From positions 3,750,001 to 3,782,000 of the forward strand of contig NC_020304.1 of NCBI RefSeq assembly GCF_000341395.1: a DNA stretch of 32,000 nt. The letters run 5' to 3'. Each line of letters starts with the position of its first letter. Within the stretch, counting starts at the first letter, position 1. Position numbers and translations under genes: made by a program. The notes under the pieces are model-generated. The model saw nothing but the letters and a program-made list of their open reading frames with translations, did not search any database and was not told where the DNA came from. Shown one piece after another: positions 17,741 through 26,993 of the stretch. The stretch is from Desulfocapsa sulfexigens DSM 10523 (lineage in GTDB: Bacteria; Desulfobacterota; Desulfobulbia; Desulfobulbales; Desulfocapsaceae).

Positions 17741-18766
17741 TTAAGAATGTAATAGTCGATCGACAACTTCAAGAACGGACTTTAAATCTCGTGCCCCAAT
17801 GGCCTCAGGACCTTTTGTCTGCCAAGTATCGGCAAAATTGGTTATTTTCTGATAAGAATTGTCAAAAAAAACATGAGGCTTCCCCAACAAAACACAAAGA
17901 ATATGCACATGCAGTCTATCGGTCACAATGACCCTTGCTGTTGAAAGCAGCCTCACTCCAATGGAATATCTAGACCAAAGTAGCATAGACCACGCCATAT
18001 ATTGAACTTTCTGCGTATTTGTCCTCCAAATTATAGGAGGCGGAACTATAGAAGCCAGATGCTCCAACGGGGTAAGTGATATTGGCAGATCTTTAACATC
18101 GGCCCAATCACCTTTTAAAACCTTCCAGTTTGAAATGTGTTTCTCTAATTGCTGAAAGAGTCCTCCATACTGCGACTCACTGTCCTGTCGAGAAAGTAAT
18201 AAAATATCGCATTGAGAAGCTGAAGAGACCTTTGGAGTAAGCGCAAAAGCTGAATCAGGAACCAACTCGATAGAGGCAACACCACTATCAACTAAAATCT
18301 GTTGGCTTTGAATGTCACGTACCATCAAATGAAAGTCACCATGTTGGGCCAGAATTTCCATGGACTTTGCCATGGTAATGGAACTGTCAAAGTTAACAGA
18401 TTGAGGAAGTTGATAAATTGTTGAATTAGGACAATTCTTTGCTATCCTTTCACGTAAACGTTGATGGGTCGGCCATATTGTCCCAAAATTCCCACCACCA
18501 TGAATAAGGACGACGCCCCGTTCCTTGTCTATTAGCCTTAAAACCTTATCAGGAGGAACTGCTCCGATGTACTTATAATTTGGAGAATACTTTTTTAGCA
18601 GTTTAAATTGTCCAAGCGCAATCAGGCTATCTCCAATATTCAAATGGTTGGGTAAATCGACAAGAATTACAGAACGATCTGCTAGCCTGAGACATGAGTA
18701 GGTATCAACAAGTTTATCTCGTAACCTTTCTCTACTACTTGTTGTTGCTGAGTTTTTTGTACTCAT
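17741..18766 (-). CDS. Polysaccharide pyruvyl transferase
   Basis: NIGDSLIALGQ, LIHGGGNFG and VIVTDRLHVHIL fit the CsaB/WcaK pyruvyl transferase family pattern. Size 341 aa. Confidence 0.7.
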   Translation of the reverse strand: MSTKNSATTSSRERLRDKLVDTYSCLRLADRSVILVDLPNHLNIGDSLIALGQFKLLKKYSPNYKYIGAVPPDKVLRLIDKERGVVLIHGGGNFGTIWPTHQRLRERIAKNCPNSTIYQLPQSVNFDSSITMAKSMEILAQHGDFHLMVRDIQSQQILVDSGVASIELVPDSAFALTPKVSSASQCDILLLSRQDSESQYGGLFQQLEKHISNWKVLKGDWADVKDLPISLTPLEHLASIVPPPIIWRTNTQKVQYMAWSMLLWSRYSIGVRLLSTARVIVTDRLHVHILCVLLGKPHVFFDNSYQKITNFADTWQTKGPEAIGARDLKSVLEVVDRLLHS

Positions 18767-18805
18767 TTCTTATACTGAAACATGTCAAAGGTTACATATG
18801 TTCTT

Positions 18806-19636
18806 CTAGATTAACTTCGAGAAACCCTTCGAAGGTAATGTTTTACAACTTTTCTCTACATCATCTAGTATTTTATAAGCTATACTTTTCAAATCATCCG
18901 GTTTCTCTGGATGCCACAAATGATATACTGTACCTTTCCGCGGCAGAAAGCCACACGATATACCACTATTGTTTAAACGCGCCATAAAATCCCAATCTTC
19001 AACACCATAGCCTTCAAAACTGCTGTCAAAACCATCAATAGTGAAAAAATCTGTTTTATAAGTAGCTATACAAAAGCCAGCCATACCCCGGAAATTTTGT
19101 GGAACACCTCCCGGTTGCCGATTACGCAGAGGAAAAAGATAACGCCATCCCGGAAGACGCTTTTGCATTGCCTGAAAGGCAAAAAAAAACCCTTGCAAGC
19201 TACTGCAAGTACATTTTCCTGACAAAAGTTCCGAAGAAATTCTTTCATCTAGCTTAACACGCCGCCCTCCGATAAACCAACCAGGGATCATATGTTTTCG
19301 AAGTGTCTTAAAAAAATCATTAGGCAACAAAATGTCATGATCTATAAACAGTAGTATTTCACCGTTTGCAAAGGAAACAGCATTGTTTCGAGATCTAGCC
19401 AGCCGGAACCCTTTATCTTCTTGCCACGCGCGAACTATACGAAACGGAGCAACTTCCTCCCACTTCTTTAAACGTTCCAAGGATTCAGGATTACTCGAAC
19501 CATCATCAGCAAAAATTATCTCTACAAAAGGATCATTATTGTCAATAATACTTTGCACACAACAATCAAGTTGTTTCCCACAATTATATGTAGCCAAAAT
19601 AACTGATATTTTCACACTATCCACTCTGTTTGCCAA
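18806..19636 (-). CDS. Family 2 glycosyltransferase (with galactosyltransferase-like C-terminus)
   Basis: ISVILATYNCGKQL, IIFADDGSSN, FIDHDIL and GYGVEDWDF. Confidence 0.8.
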   Translation of the reverse strand: MANRVDSVKISVILATYNCGKQLDCCVQSIIDNNDPFVEIIFADDGSSNPESLERLKKWEEVAPFRIVRAWQEDKGFRLARSRNNAVSFANGEILLFIDHDILLPNDFFKTLRKHMIPGWFIGGRRVKLDERISSELLSGKCTCSSLQGFFFAFQAMQKRLPGWRYLFPLRNRQPGGVPQNFRGMAGFCIATYKTDFFTIDGFDSSFEGYGVEDWDFMARLNNSGISCGFLPRKGTVYHLWHPEKPDDLKSIAYKILDDVEKSCKTLPSKGFSKLI

Positions 19637-19676
19637 AACAATTATTCTGTTGCACCACCAAAAGTGTTAACAACAT

Positions 19677-20321
19677 TCACCCTTCGTCAACAAACCGGAT
19701 AAATTGAGGATAAAATTTCTTTATAAAATCCATCGCATCCTGTTTCGCCTGATTGGTATTATCAGAACCCAATGGCACTGAAACCCGAACAAAAGCGTGC
19801 TGTTCCCCACGATCAGTAAGTTTATTATAGGCAACATTCGTTTTATTTTTAAATGCCTTCGTATTTGTATCATGATGGGCCTGAAACCAATACAAAACAA
19901 GTTCCTTTTGACCACCTAACGAGGTTATGATCTCATTGTAGTGAATAACGAATGGATCAATGTTGACACTTAAATTAGGCACTTGTTTTTCAATCACCCA
20001 CCCCTGACTCGGGTAACAAATAAGCGGCGAGTGTGCAGCTGAGGCCTTATCGGCTGTATAATAATACCCGATATAAAGTGTTATTTTCCCATTTGGCCCC
20101 TGATAATCCGTAAACAAATAGTCATCCAACTGCAACAAACTGAGTACATTTTCTTCCATATCAACATGTCGAAGGGTCTTATATCCTTCAATGTGCTCAA
20201 AATATTGTTTTATTGGTGGTTTGCTGACATTTTCCGTAGCACTTCTGCTGTATATAAATACGCAGGTTACAGAGAATAACACACTCAATATCAATAATTT
20301 TCTGTTCATTTTTTTTCCCAA
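19677..20321 (-). CDS. epsI: EpsI-family exosortase-associated protein
   Basis: N-terminal anchor LLILSVLFSVTCVFIY. ITLYIGYYYTADKASAAHSPLICYPSQGW matches the EpsI pattern HSPxxCxPxxGW. There is a 16-nt overlap with the exosortase gene. Confidence 0.8.
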   Translation of the reverse strand: MGKKMNRKLLILSVLFSVTCVFIYSRSATENVSKPPIKQYFEHIEGYKTLRHVDMEENVLSLLQLDDYLFTDYQGPNGKITLYIGYYYTADKASAAHSPLICYPSQGWVIEKQVPNLSVNIDPFVIHYNEIITSLGGQKELVLYWFQAHHDTNTKAFKNKTNVAYNKLTDRGEQHAFVRVSVPLGSDNTNQAKQDAMDFIKKFYPQFIRFVDEG

Positions 20322-21145
20322 AGCTCCAGTACCTTATGGATAAACAATAACATAATGAGGGCAATGGCAAAAACCAGTAAGCCAGTTAAGGTATGGAGAA
20401 ACCCTTCAGAAAGATCCAGCTGGAAGAAATAATAGAGGAGAATCATCGAGCTTACCCGAATGACATTCACAATAATTGCAATCGGTATACTGGTAAGGAG
20501 CAGAACAACTTTGGATACGTTCTTTTTCAGCATGAAATACCCCATAATCAAACTCAACGTCAGAAGAGTAATTATGGATCGCATTCCGCTGCATGCTTCT
20601 ACAACTTCAAAGCTTTTCCCCGGTGCGTTCATGACATTTCCTTCGCGCAGAATGGGAACACCAAAGAGTTCAACCAGGATCTCACTCAACTGTGAGACTT
20701 TCAGTTGCAAAGGAAAGGTGAGCTTAATATAGAGCTGGTCCGGGACCGGGATAAGAACCAAAAGAAGCACTAAAGGCATAAAAAGTGTCTTTATTGATTG
20801 AATACCGAGAAGATAAATTAGAACGCCAATAATCGTGAAATAGAACGACAGAGAAATAAAGGTAGGTACTTGAGTCAGTAAAGCAAAAAGGTACCCAATG
20901 GTTGACAGAATAACAAGAAACAGACCAAGCATTGAATAGTGTGGCTTGTCCTCAAGCAGGGTCGCTCTTTTACCCCACACCATATATAAAAGAATAGGAA
21001 GAGTTAAAAATGCATGGCTATACTCTTCAGAATTCGCCCACTTTCCAACAAGGATCTGAAAGACCGGAAAATAAGCGGCAACAAAAAATACAAATGCCAG
21101 CAAACCCGAAAATAGTACCCTGGTATTAAAGTGTTCAGGTCGCAT
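20306..21145 (-). CDS. Exosortase (EpsH/Xrt family transpeptidase), short stand-alone form
   Basis: Polytopic membrane protein with EYSHAFL near the N-terminus, the catalytic-Cys motif EACSGMRSI, NVIRV and a downstream His (FLHTLTG). Its start overlaps the sugar transferase stop (TGATG). Confidence 0.85.
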   Translation of the reverse strand: MRPEHFNTRVLFSGLLAFVFFVAAYFPVFQILVGKWANSEEYSHAFLTLPILLYMVWGKRATLLEDKPHYSMLGLFLVILSTIGYLFALLTQVPTFISLSFYFTIIGVLIYLLGIQSIKTLFMPLVLLLVLIPVPDQLYIKLTFPLQLKVSQLSEILVELFGVPILREGNVMNAPGKSFEVVEACSGMRSIITLLTLSLIMGYFMLKKNVSKVVLLLTSIPIAIIVNVIRVSSMILLYYFFQLDLSEGFLHTLTGLLVFAIALIMLLFIHKVLELWEKK

Positions 21146-22557
21146 CAGGCAGCCCCTTTCGTTTTCAAAACAGCAACAGGTGTTTTCAGTAGTATCTTAA
21201 AATCCAGCCATAAAGACCAGTTTTCAATATATTCAAGATCAAGCTCAAGCCATTTATGGAAAGGCAGGTCACTTCGTCCTGAAATCTGCCAGATACAGGT
21301 AAGCCCAGGTTTTACACTGAAGCGCCTGCGTTGAATCCCTTTGTCGAACAAATCCACATCTCTGATGGACATGGGTCTGGGGCCAACCAGACTCATGTCT
21401 CCACGTAACACATTGAATAACTGAGGGAGTTCATCGATACTGGTTTTCCGTATAAAATGCCCTACCCTGGTGATACGGGGATCATTTTTCATTTTAAAAA
21501 TTGGACCATCTGCTTCATTCAGGTGTTCTATTTCCTTTAGTTTTTCTTCAGCATCCACATACATTGAACGGAGTTTGAACATAGGAAAATATCGTTTTTT
21601 CAACCCTACACGTTGCTGGACAAAAAACATCGGTCCAGGCGAATCAATTTTTATAGCGATGCCAGCAACAGCCAGTATTGGCAGAACTACGGGCATTGCA
21701 AGCAGGGTAACTGAAAAATCAAAGACGCGTTTAAAGAGTAACTGTAAACTATCCTGGGCAACGGGCTCCAAGGTCAATAACGGTATTTGCCCCATCATGG
21801 TTAAAGACACTTTTGCCACATGGACATTAAACACATCGGCCATAAACCGTAACTTGATGCCTTCTTCCTCGCAGGCAAGGACAATTGGTTCTGCATCTTC
21901 CAGCATTGATCGTGGGATAGCAATTATCACCTCATCAATTACATGCTTTCTCAGACAGTCATCAATATTATCCAAAGATCCAATAACTTCCGCCCCATGT
22001 ATGAATTGCCCAACACGTGTTGGATCTGGATCAAGGTAACCAACTATCTTAATCCCCCAGTCAGCTTGATGTTCAAGTACTTGGATTAAATCTTTTGCTC
22101 TTTCACCAGTGCCTATAATCAAAACCTTTAACGAATTTGCCCCGCTTGCAAGGGATATCAAAAAATATCTTCTGACAAATATACGGAGGACAACAAGGGA
22201 AAGAAACTCGACACCGGCAAAGGTTAAAATTACAATCCGGCTGATATATTGAACATTAAAGAAGAAGAGGAGTGTCAGAAGAATACCTATTGCAAGCGAT
22301 ACTCCCCGGAATACTGACCATGCATACTTAGTATTGCTTGTATACTTGGGAAGGTCATAGGCACCGAAATATGACAAAAACGAAACAACTAATACCAGTA
22401 AAAGCGGTAAGAGAAAGAGATGGGTGGACAGATTGATATCTGCATTCGGGTGCAGAAAATTCCTGATCTGAAACGAGAGTAAAAAAACCACAACGGATAT
22501 AAGAACATCCATAAAAAAGACTGTTCTATCAAGTTCCATTGAACGATCATCATACAT
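21145..22557 (-). CDS. Priming polyprenyl-phosphate glycosylphosphotransferase (WbaP/EpsB type)
   Basis: N-terminal TM helices, a central Rossmann-like KVLIIGTGERAKDL, and the C-terminal bacterial sugar transferase motifs IDELPQLFNVLRGDMSLVGPRP and KPGLTCIWQISGRSDL. Confidence 0.9.
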   Translation of the reverse strand: MYDDRSMELDRTVFFMDVLISVVVFLLSFQIRNFLHPNADINLSTHLFLLPLLLVLVVSFLSYFGAYDLPKYTSNTKYAWSVFRGVSLAIGILLTLLFFFNVQYISRIVILTFAGVEFLSLVVLRIFVRRYFLISLASGANSLKVLIIGTGERAKDLIQVLEHQADWGIKIVGYLDPDPTRVGQFIHGAEVIGSLDNIDDCLRKHVIDEVIIAIPRSMLEDAEPIVLACEEEGIKLRFMADVFNVHVAKVSLTMMGQIPLLTLEPVAQDSLQLLFKRVFDFSVTLLAMPVVLPILAVAGIAIKIDSPGPMFFVQQRVGLKKRYFPMFKLRSMYVDAEEKLKEIEHLNEADGPIFKMKNDPRITRVGHFIRKTSIDELPQLFNVLRGDMSLVGPRPMSIRDVDLFDKGIQRRRFSVKPGLTCIWQISGRSDLPFHKWLELDLEYIENWSLWLDFKILLKTPVAVLKTKGAA

Positions 22558-22658
22558 TGCCTATACGCTCCCTGCCTTACAGATCATTTCAAGCACTATC
22601 CCTTAATATCTCAACAATATAGTCTTAAAAGTCTTTTTCCTGAAGTGGAAGACGCTCT

Positions 22659-22826
22659 TCAATTCTTGTCAAACAGCGTAGGATTGAATCTATTTTTTTC
22701 ACTACGTTTTGTGTTCGTACCTGTTGCGTAGGAACCAAACAAAATTGCCTGTTGAATATCAGGATCATTTTCCAGAAATTTTTTGATCCGTTCAAGCGAT
22801 CTGCTGCTATTTTCTACCGAGTCCAT
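22659..22826 (-). pseudogene. Remnant of a minimal nucleotidyltransferase (MNT-type antitoxin-like) gene
   Basis: Hand-translated 55 aa ORF, below the track cutoff: MDSVENSSRSLERIKKFLENDPDIQQAILFGSYATGTNTKRSEKNRFNPTLFDKN*. ILFGSYATG resembles the LFGSxARG nucleotidyltransferase motif, but the following DxD is absent and the ORF is far too short. It overlaps the ugd 3' end by 20 nt. Confidence 0.3.
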
Positions 22827-24114
22827 AATAGGTAAATCCGGCGTCTGTTATTTGTTTAGGGGAGTAGACATTGCGTAAATCAACAAAGATTGAACCTTTC
22901 ATTTTTGCCTTTAAATCAGCAAGATCAAGAGCACGATACTGATTCCATTCAGTGAACAGGACAACCACGTCCGCACCGTCACAGGCCTCGTAAGCGTTTT
23001 CAACGTAGATAAAATTGGGATACAGTTTCTTCGCTTCTTTCATAGCCTGTGGGTCATGGGCACGTATTATGGCACCCTTTTCGGCAAGTGGTGGCAGTAT
23101 GGAGAGTGGCGGTGATTCACGTAAATCATCGGTTTCAGGCTTAAAGGCGAGTCCCAGTGCGGCAATGGTTTTTCCCGCTTCATTGCCACCCAGTGCGTCT
23201 CGGATTTTTTTGACCATTCTGGCCTTTTGGGCAGAGTTAATTTCAACGGCGGCTTCAACAGAACGTGCAGTCACTCCGTGTTCCTGAGCAATTCTCAGCA
23301 ATGCCAGGGTATCCTTTGGAAAACAGGATCCACCATATCCTGGCCCCGGATGAAGAAATTTACTGCCTATTCTTCCATCAAGTCCTACACCTTTTGCCAG
23401 ATCTACGACATCGGCATCGACTTCTTCACAAAGAGTGGCCATTTCATTAATAAAAGAAATTTTCATGGCCAGAAATGCATTGGCTGCGTATTTGATAAGT
23501 TCCGCGGATTCAAGTCCTGTAAAAACAAATGGTGTGGAAAGGAGAAAAAGTGGATTATACACTTCTCTCATTATTTCACGGGCTTTTGCAGAATCTGTTC
23601 CAACAACTACCCTGTCAGGTCTCATAAAATCATTGATTGCCGCACCTTCACGCAAAAATTCCGGATTCGAAGCCACATCAAAATCAGCCTCCGGATTTTC
23701 CTCGCGAATGATGCGCTGCACCTGCCTCGCTGTCCCAACCGGCACGGTACTCTTATCAACAACCACCGTATAGTCTGTCAGATGCTTTGCAATATCCTTT
23801 GCAGCCGCATAAATATAAGTCAAATCAGCATAGCCATCCCCTCTTCTTGAGGATGGGGTACCAACAGCTACAAAGACAGCCTGTGCTGAAGGCACACAGT
23901 CGGCCATATCTGAAGAAAAGCGTAATCTCTTATCCTTAACATTTTTAGCGACAAGAACATCCAGACCCGGTTCATAGATTGGGATCTCACCATTTTTGAG
24001 CCGTTCAATTTTACCAAGATCCAAATCCATGCAGGTTACACGGTGACCAAATTCAGCAAGACATGCACCCGTTACCAGGCCAACATAGCCTGTTCCAATC
24101 ATTGTAATATTCAT
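22807..24114 (-). CDS. ugd: UDP-glucose 6-dehydrogenase
   Basis: MNITMIGTGYVGLVTGACLAEFGH (Rossmann), catalytic GGSCFPKD. 435 aa, colinear with Ugd/Udg. Confidence 0.93.
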   Translation of the reverse strand: MNITMIGTGYVGLVTGACLAEFGHRVTCMDLDLGKIERLKNGEIPIYEPGLDVLVAKNVKDKRLRFSSDMADCVPSAQAVFVAVGTPSSRRGDGYADLTYIYAAAKDIAKHLTDYTVVVDKSTVPVGTARQVQRIIREENPEADFDVASNPEFLREGAAINDFMRPDRVVVGTDSAKAREIMREVYNPLFLLSTPFVFTGLESAELIKYAANAFLAMKISFINEMATLCEEVDADVVDLAKGVGLDGRIGSKFLHPGPGYGGSCFPKDTLALLRIAQEHGVTARSVEAAVEINSAQKARMVKKIRDALGGNEAGKTIAALGLAFKPETDDLRESPPLSILPPLAEKGAIIRAHDPQAMKEAKKLYPNFIYVENAYEACDGADVVVLFTEWNQYRALDLADLKAKMKGSIFVDLRNVYSPKQITDAGFTYYGLGRK

Positions 24115-24248
24115 ATAAAATCGGCTTCCTGTTTAAAAAATCGGTTTTGAGTTTGAAGTTTTCGATTTGCGAAAAAAAAATAATCTCATTGCTTCCCGCA
24201 GCATATCATACTGATAATATGAAAACAAAGCGATTATACACCCTTTGC

Positions 24249-25643
24249 TTACTGAATAACAGTATATCCTTGTGCTGACAATTTGCCAGTCAATTCACTT
24301 TGTGCTGCTTTTTCTCCGTGGACAAGCCTGATTGCACCGGGTTTAGCAGGCATAGCGGCCACCCAGTCGAGAAGTCCCTGTTGATCGGCATGGGCAGAAT
24401 AGCCAGTAAGTTTGTGAACCTTAGCCTTGACGGTTACTTTCTGTTGTTTCAGACGAACGTAGCCATGGTTATCTGCATACTGGAGGATGTCACGACCTGG
24501 GGTCCCTCTACCCTGGTATCCGATAAAAAGAATATCATTTTCTTTTTCAGCAAGCCCTGTGAGAAGATGGTCAACTATACGGCCTCCTGTGCACATTCCG
24601 CTTCCAGCAATAATAACAGCTGGACCGGGGTAATCCATAATCTGCTGATGTTCCCTAAAGTGTTTTACACTGAACAGGTTTTTGAAATCAAAGGGATGGT
24701 CATGGTCTGTCAGTAAAGACTTTGCCTCTTCGTCCCAAAACTCTGAGAGTTCATTGTAGGTTTCAGTGATCTCTAGCGCCAGTGGAGAATCCACAAAAAA
24801 CGGAACCGGTGCTTTTCCCTGCCCCTTTTTATGGAGCTCTGGAAAATGCTTATTCCATTTTTTGTCGCTGAAAAGTCTATCCAGATCATAGAGTAGTTCC
24901 TGGGTACGTCCCAAAGCAAAGGCAGGAATAAAGACCTTCCCCTTATCGGCAAGGCTTTTTACCAGGATAGTCCCCAGATGCTCCAGGCGCTGACTACGAT
25001 TTTCATGGAGTCGATCTCCATAGGTGGATTCCAAGATAAGCAGATCGCAGCCAGGTGGGGGATCCGGGTCTGGCAAAAGTGGCGTATTATAATTTCCAAG
25101 ATCACCTGAAAAAACCACCGACCAGATACTGTCCTGTGGCATGGAAATCTGTATGTATATAAAACTTGAACCAAGAATATGTCCGGCCTGGCCCAGGGTG
25201 AATTGAATTCCTTTTTTCAGGTTGAAACTTTGACCATATTCAAAACCCCACGACAAATCCTCAATGCTTGTTAACAATCTTGTTTTCTGGGCCGTGCTGT
25301 ATTCTGTAAACGAGAGTGCATCTCTAAGCAGAGGCAATAGCAGAGCTTTTGTTGCATGAGTACAGATAATCTCTCCCCGGAAGCCGGCTGTTATCAACTC
25401 TGGTAAACGACCAATATGATCAATATGGGCGTGAGTAAGAAAAAGATAATCTATATCGCTGGGATGGATTGGCCATTCCGTTAACGATTTAACATTGTCG
25501 TAGCCCTGAGCTGTACCGCAATCCACAAGAATTTTCACATCATCGGCTACAAGTAAATGACATGAACCTGTTACACTATCTTTTCCGCCCAGATGAATGA
25601 GGACCGGTTTTAGGTTTGCGGTTTGTGGTGTGCGGGAAGACAT
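24249..25643 (-). CDS. MBL-fold metallo-hydrolase with beta-CASP domain (RNA-metabolising type)
   Basis: LFLTHAHIDHIGRLP (HxHxDH), LILESTYGDR and GYSAHADQQGL. The start is set at the ATG at 25643 (MSSRTPQ...) because the listed start at 25817 would overlap galE by 116 nt. Confidence 0.8.
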   Translation of the reverse strand: MSSRTPQTANLKPVLIHLGGKDSVTGSCHLLVADDVKILVDCGTAQGYDNVKSLTEWPIHPSDIDYLFLTHAHIDHIGRLPELITAGFRGEIICTHATKALLLPLLRDALSFTEYSTAQKTRLLTSIEDLSWGFEYGQSFNLKKGIQFTLGQAGHILGSSFIYIQISMPQDSIWSVVFSGDLGNYNTPLLPDPDPPPGCDLLILESTYGDRLHENRSQRLEHLGTILVKSLADKGKVFIPAFALGRTQELLYDLDRLFSDKKWNKHFPELHKKGQGKAPVPFFVDSPLALEITETYNELSEFWDEEAKSLLTDHDHPFDFKNLFSVKHFREHQQIMDYPGPAVIIAGSGMCTGGRIVDHLLTGLAEKENDILFIGYQGRGTPGRDILQYADNHGYVRLKQQKVTVKAKVHKLTGYSAHADQQGLLDWVAAMPAKPGAIRLVHGEKAAQSELTGKLSAQGYTVIQ

Positions 25644-25701
25644 GAGGGGGCCGGTTTGCGGGAGAGTGATAGTATCGGAACTCTTTACAAGGTACCTGAA
25701 A

Positions 25702-26715
25702 TCAGGAAAAACCATTAGGATTTTGTGACTGCCAGCGCCATGTATCTTCACACATTTCATCCAGGCCCCTGATGGCCATCCAGCCCAATTCCTTTGCAGC
25801 AAGCCCCGGATCAGCAAAACATCTGGCGATATCTCCTGCCCTGCGCTTTACTATTTTATAGGCAATATCTACTCCCGATGCACGTTCAAAGGCCTTAACC
25901 ATATCAAGAACGGAATAACCATGGCCCGTTCCAAGATTATAGATCACCACACCAGGTTGAGTTTTTAATTTTTCAAGGGCACTTAAATGGCCAAGGGCCA
26001 GATCAACCACATGGATATAATCTCTCACACCTGTACCATCCGGTGTTGGGTAATCATCTCCAAAAACTGATAGTTCCTGCAGTTTTCCAACTGCTACCTG
26101 AGCGATATAGGGCATCAGGTTATTTGGTATCCCATTTGGATCCTCTCCTATCATGCCGCTCTCGTGGGCGCCAATAGGATTAAAATATCGGAGCAGTGCC
26201 ACATTCCACCCTTGATCCGCCCTATGCAAATCCCTGAGAATATTTTCGGCTATGAGCTTGGTGCACCCGTAGGGATTAGTGCAGGAGAGTGGGAAGTCCT
26301 CTGTAATAGGAACAGTAGCAGGATCACCATAGACAGTAGCGGAAGAACTGAAAACAATATTTTTAACATTGTGCTCAGCCATGACACGAGTAAGATTGAG
26401 CGTACCAACAATATTATTTTCATAATAGCGTTGCGGTTGCTCTACTGATTCGCCAACAGCCTTGAGCCCTGCAAAATGGATTACCGATTCAATATCAGGA
26501 CAGGAGGCAAATACATTTTTTACAGCGTTTAGATCCAACAGATCTGCTTCAAAGAACTGTACTTTTTTCCCGGTTAACTCTTCAACTCTTCTCAGTCCTA
26601 TTAAATTGGAGTTAGACAAATTATCAAGGACAACAACCTGATTTCCTGACTTTAACAGTTCAAGACAGGTATGACTTCCGATATATCCTGATCCACCGGT
26701 TACAAGAACATTCAT
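25702..26715 (-). CDS. galE: UDP-glucose 4-epimerase
   Basis: [23 protein letters not shown] and [11 protein letters not shown] (YxxxK). 337 aa. Confidence 0.93.
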   Translation of the reverse strand: MNVLVTGGSGYIGSHTCLELLKSGNQVVVLDNLSNSNLIGLRRVEELTGKKVQFFEADLLDLNAVKNVFASCPDIESVIHFAGLKAVGESVEQPQRYYENNIVGTLNLTRVMAEHNVKNIVFSSSATVYGDPATVPITEDFPLSCTNPYGCTKLIAENILRDLHRADQGWNVALLRYFNPIGAHESGMIGEDPNGIPNNLMPYIAQVAVGKLQELSVFGDDYPTPDGTGVRDYIHVVDLALGHLSALEKLKTQPGVVIYNLGTGHGYSVLDMVKAFERASGVDIAYKIVKRRAGDIARCFADPGLAAKELGWMAIRGLDEMCEDTWRWQSQNPNGFS

Positions 26716-26873
26716 TGATCAGCATTCCTTAAATTTCTGAGACTTTGTTTAGATACAAAAATGTGTTTTCACGGACACATAATAGTAAAAACAATTATAT
26801 ACACAACTTATTCTATACATAATTGAAGAGCAATACATTTCTGGTGAGTTAAAAAGACGAATACTTTCAACGG

Positions 26874-26882
26874 CCCCCCCCC
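26874..26882. repeat. C9 homopolymer in the galE / wza-like divergent intergenic region
   Basis: Counted directly: cgg + 9 C + acaacc. It is the longest G/C run I saw in the window. Confidence 0.9.
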
Positions 26883-26993
26883 ACAACCACTTCAAAAAAC
26901 GAAGTCAAATTATACCATGGTAAATCTTCAGTAGAAGTGATAAAATTCACAAATCAATTATCCAATATATTTCTATATTCTCAGGTGGTTCCC

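Noticed and set aside
21470-22039. 189 aa + strand ORF
   Set aside because: It is antisense to the priming sugar transferase, and is a Ser/Ile-rich shadow frame with no motifs.
23227-23850. 207 aa + strand ORF, plus 23015-23287, 23265-23450 and 23435-23773
   Set aside because: These lie antisense within ugd, whose - strand product has unmistakable UDP-glucose dehydrogenase motifs. The + strand translations are low-complexity shadow ORFs.
24160-24180. Short stem (TTTCG atttg CGAAA) followed by A9, a possible terminator
   Set aside because: The stem is only 5 bp. On the + strand it is followed by A rather than T. On the - strand the T-run precedes the stem, so neither orientation gives an intrinsic terminator.
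25644-25817. N-terminal extension of the MBL/beta-CASP ORF
   Set aside because: It would overlap galE by 116 nt and adds a Trp/Gly-rich segment that looks non-native. The conserved domain begins just after the ATG at 25643.
26937-26993. GTG-initiated extension of the wza-like ORF
   Set aside because: The signal peptide only makes sense from the ATG at 26994, and the extension adds 19 residues in front of it.
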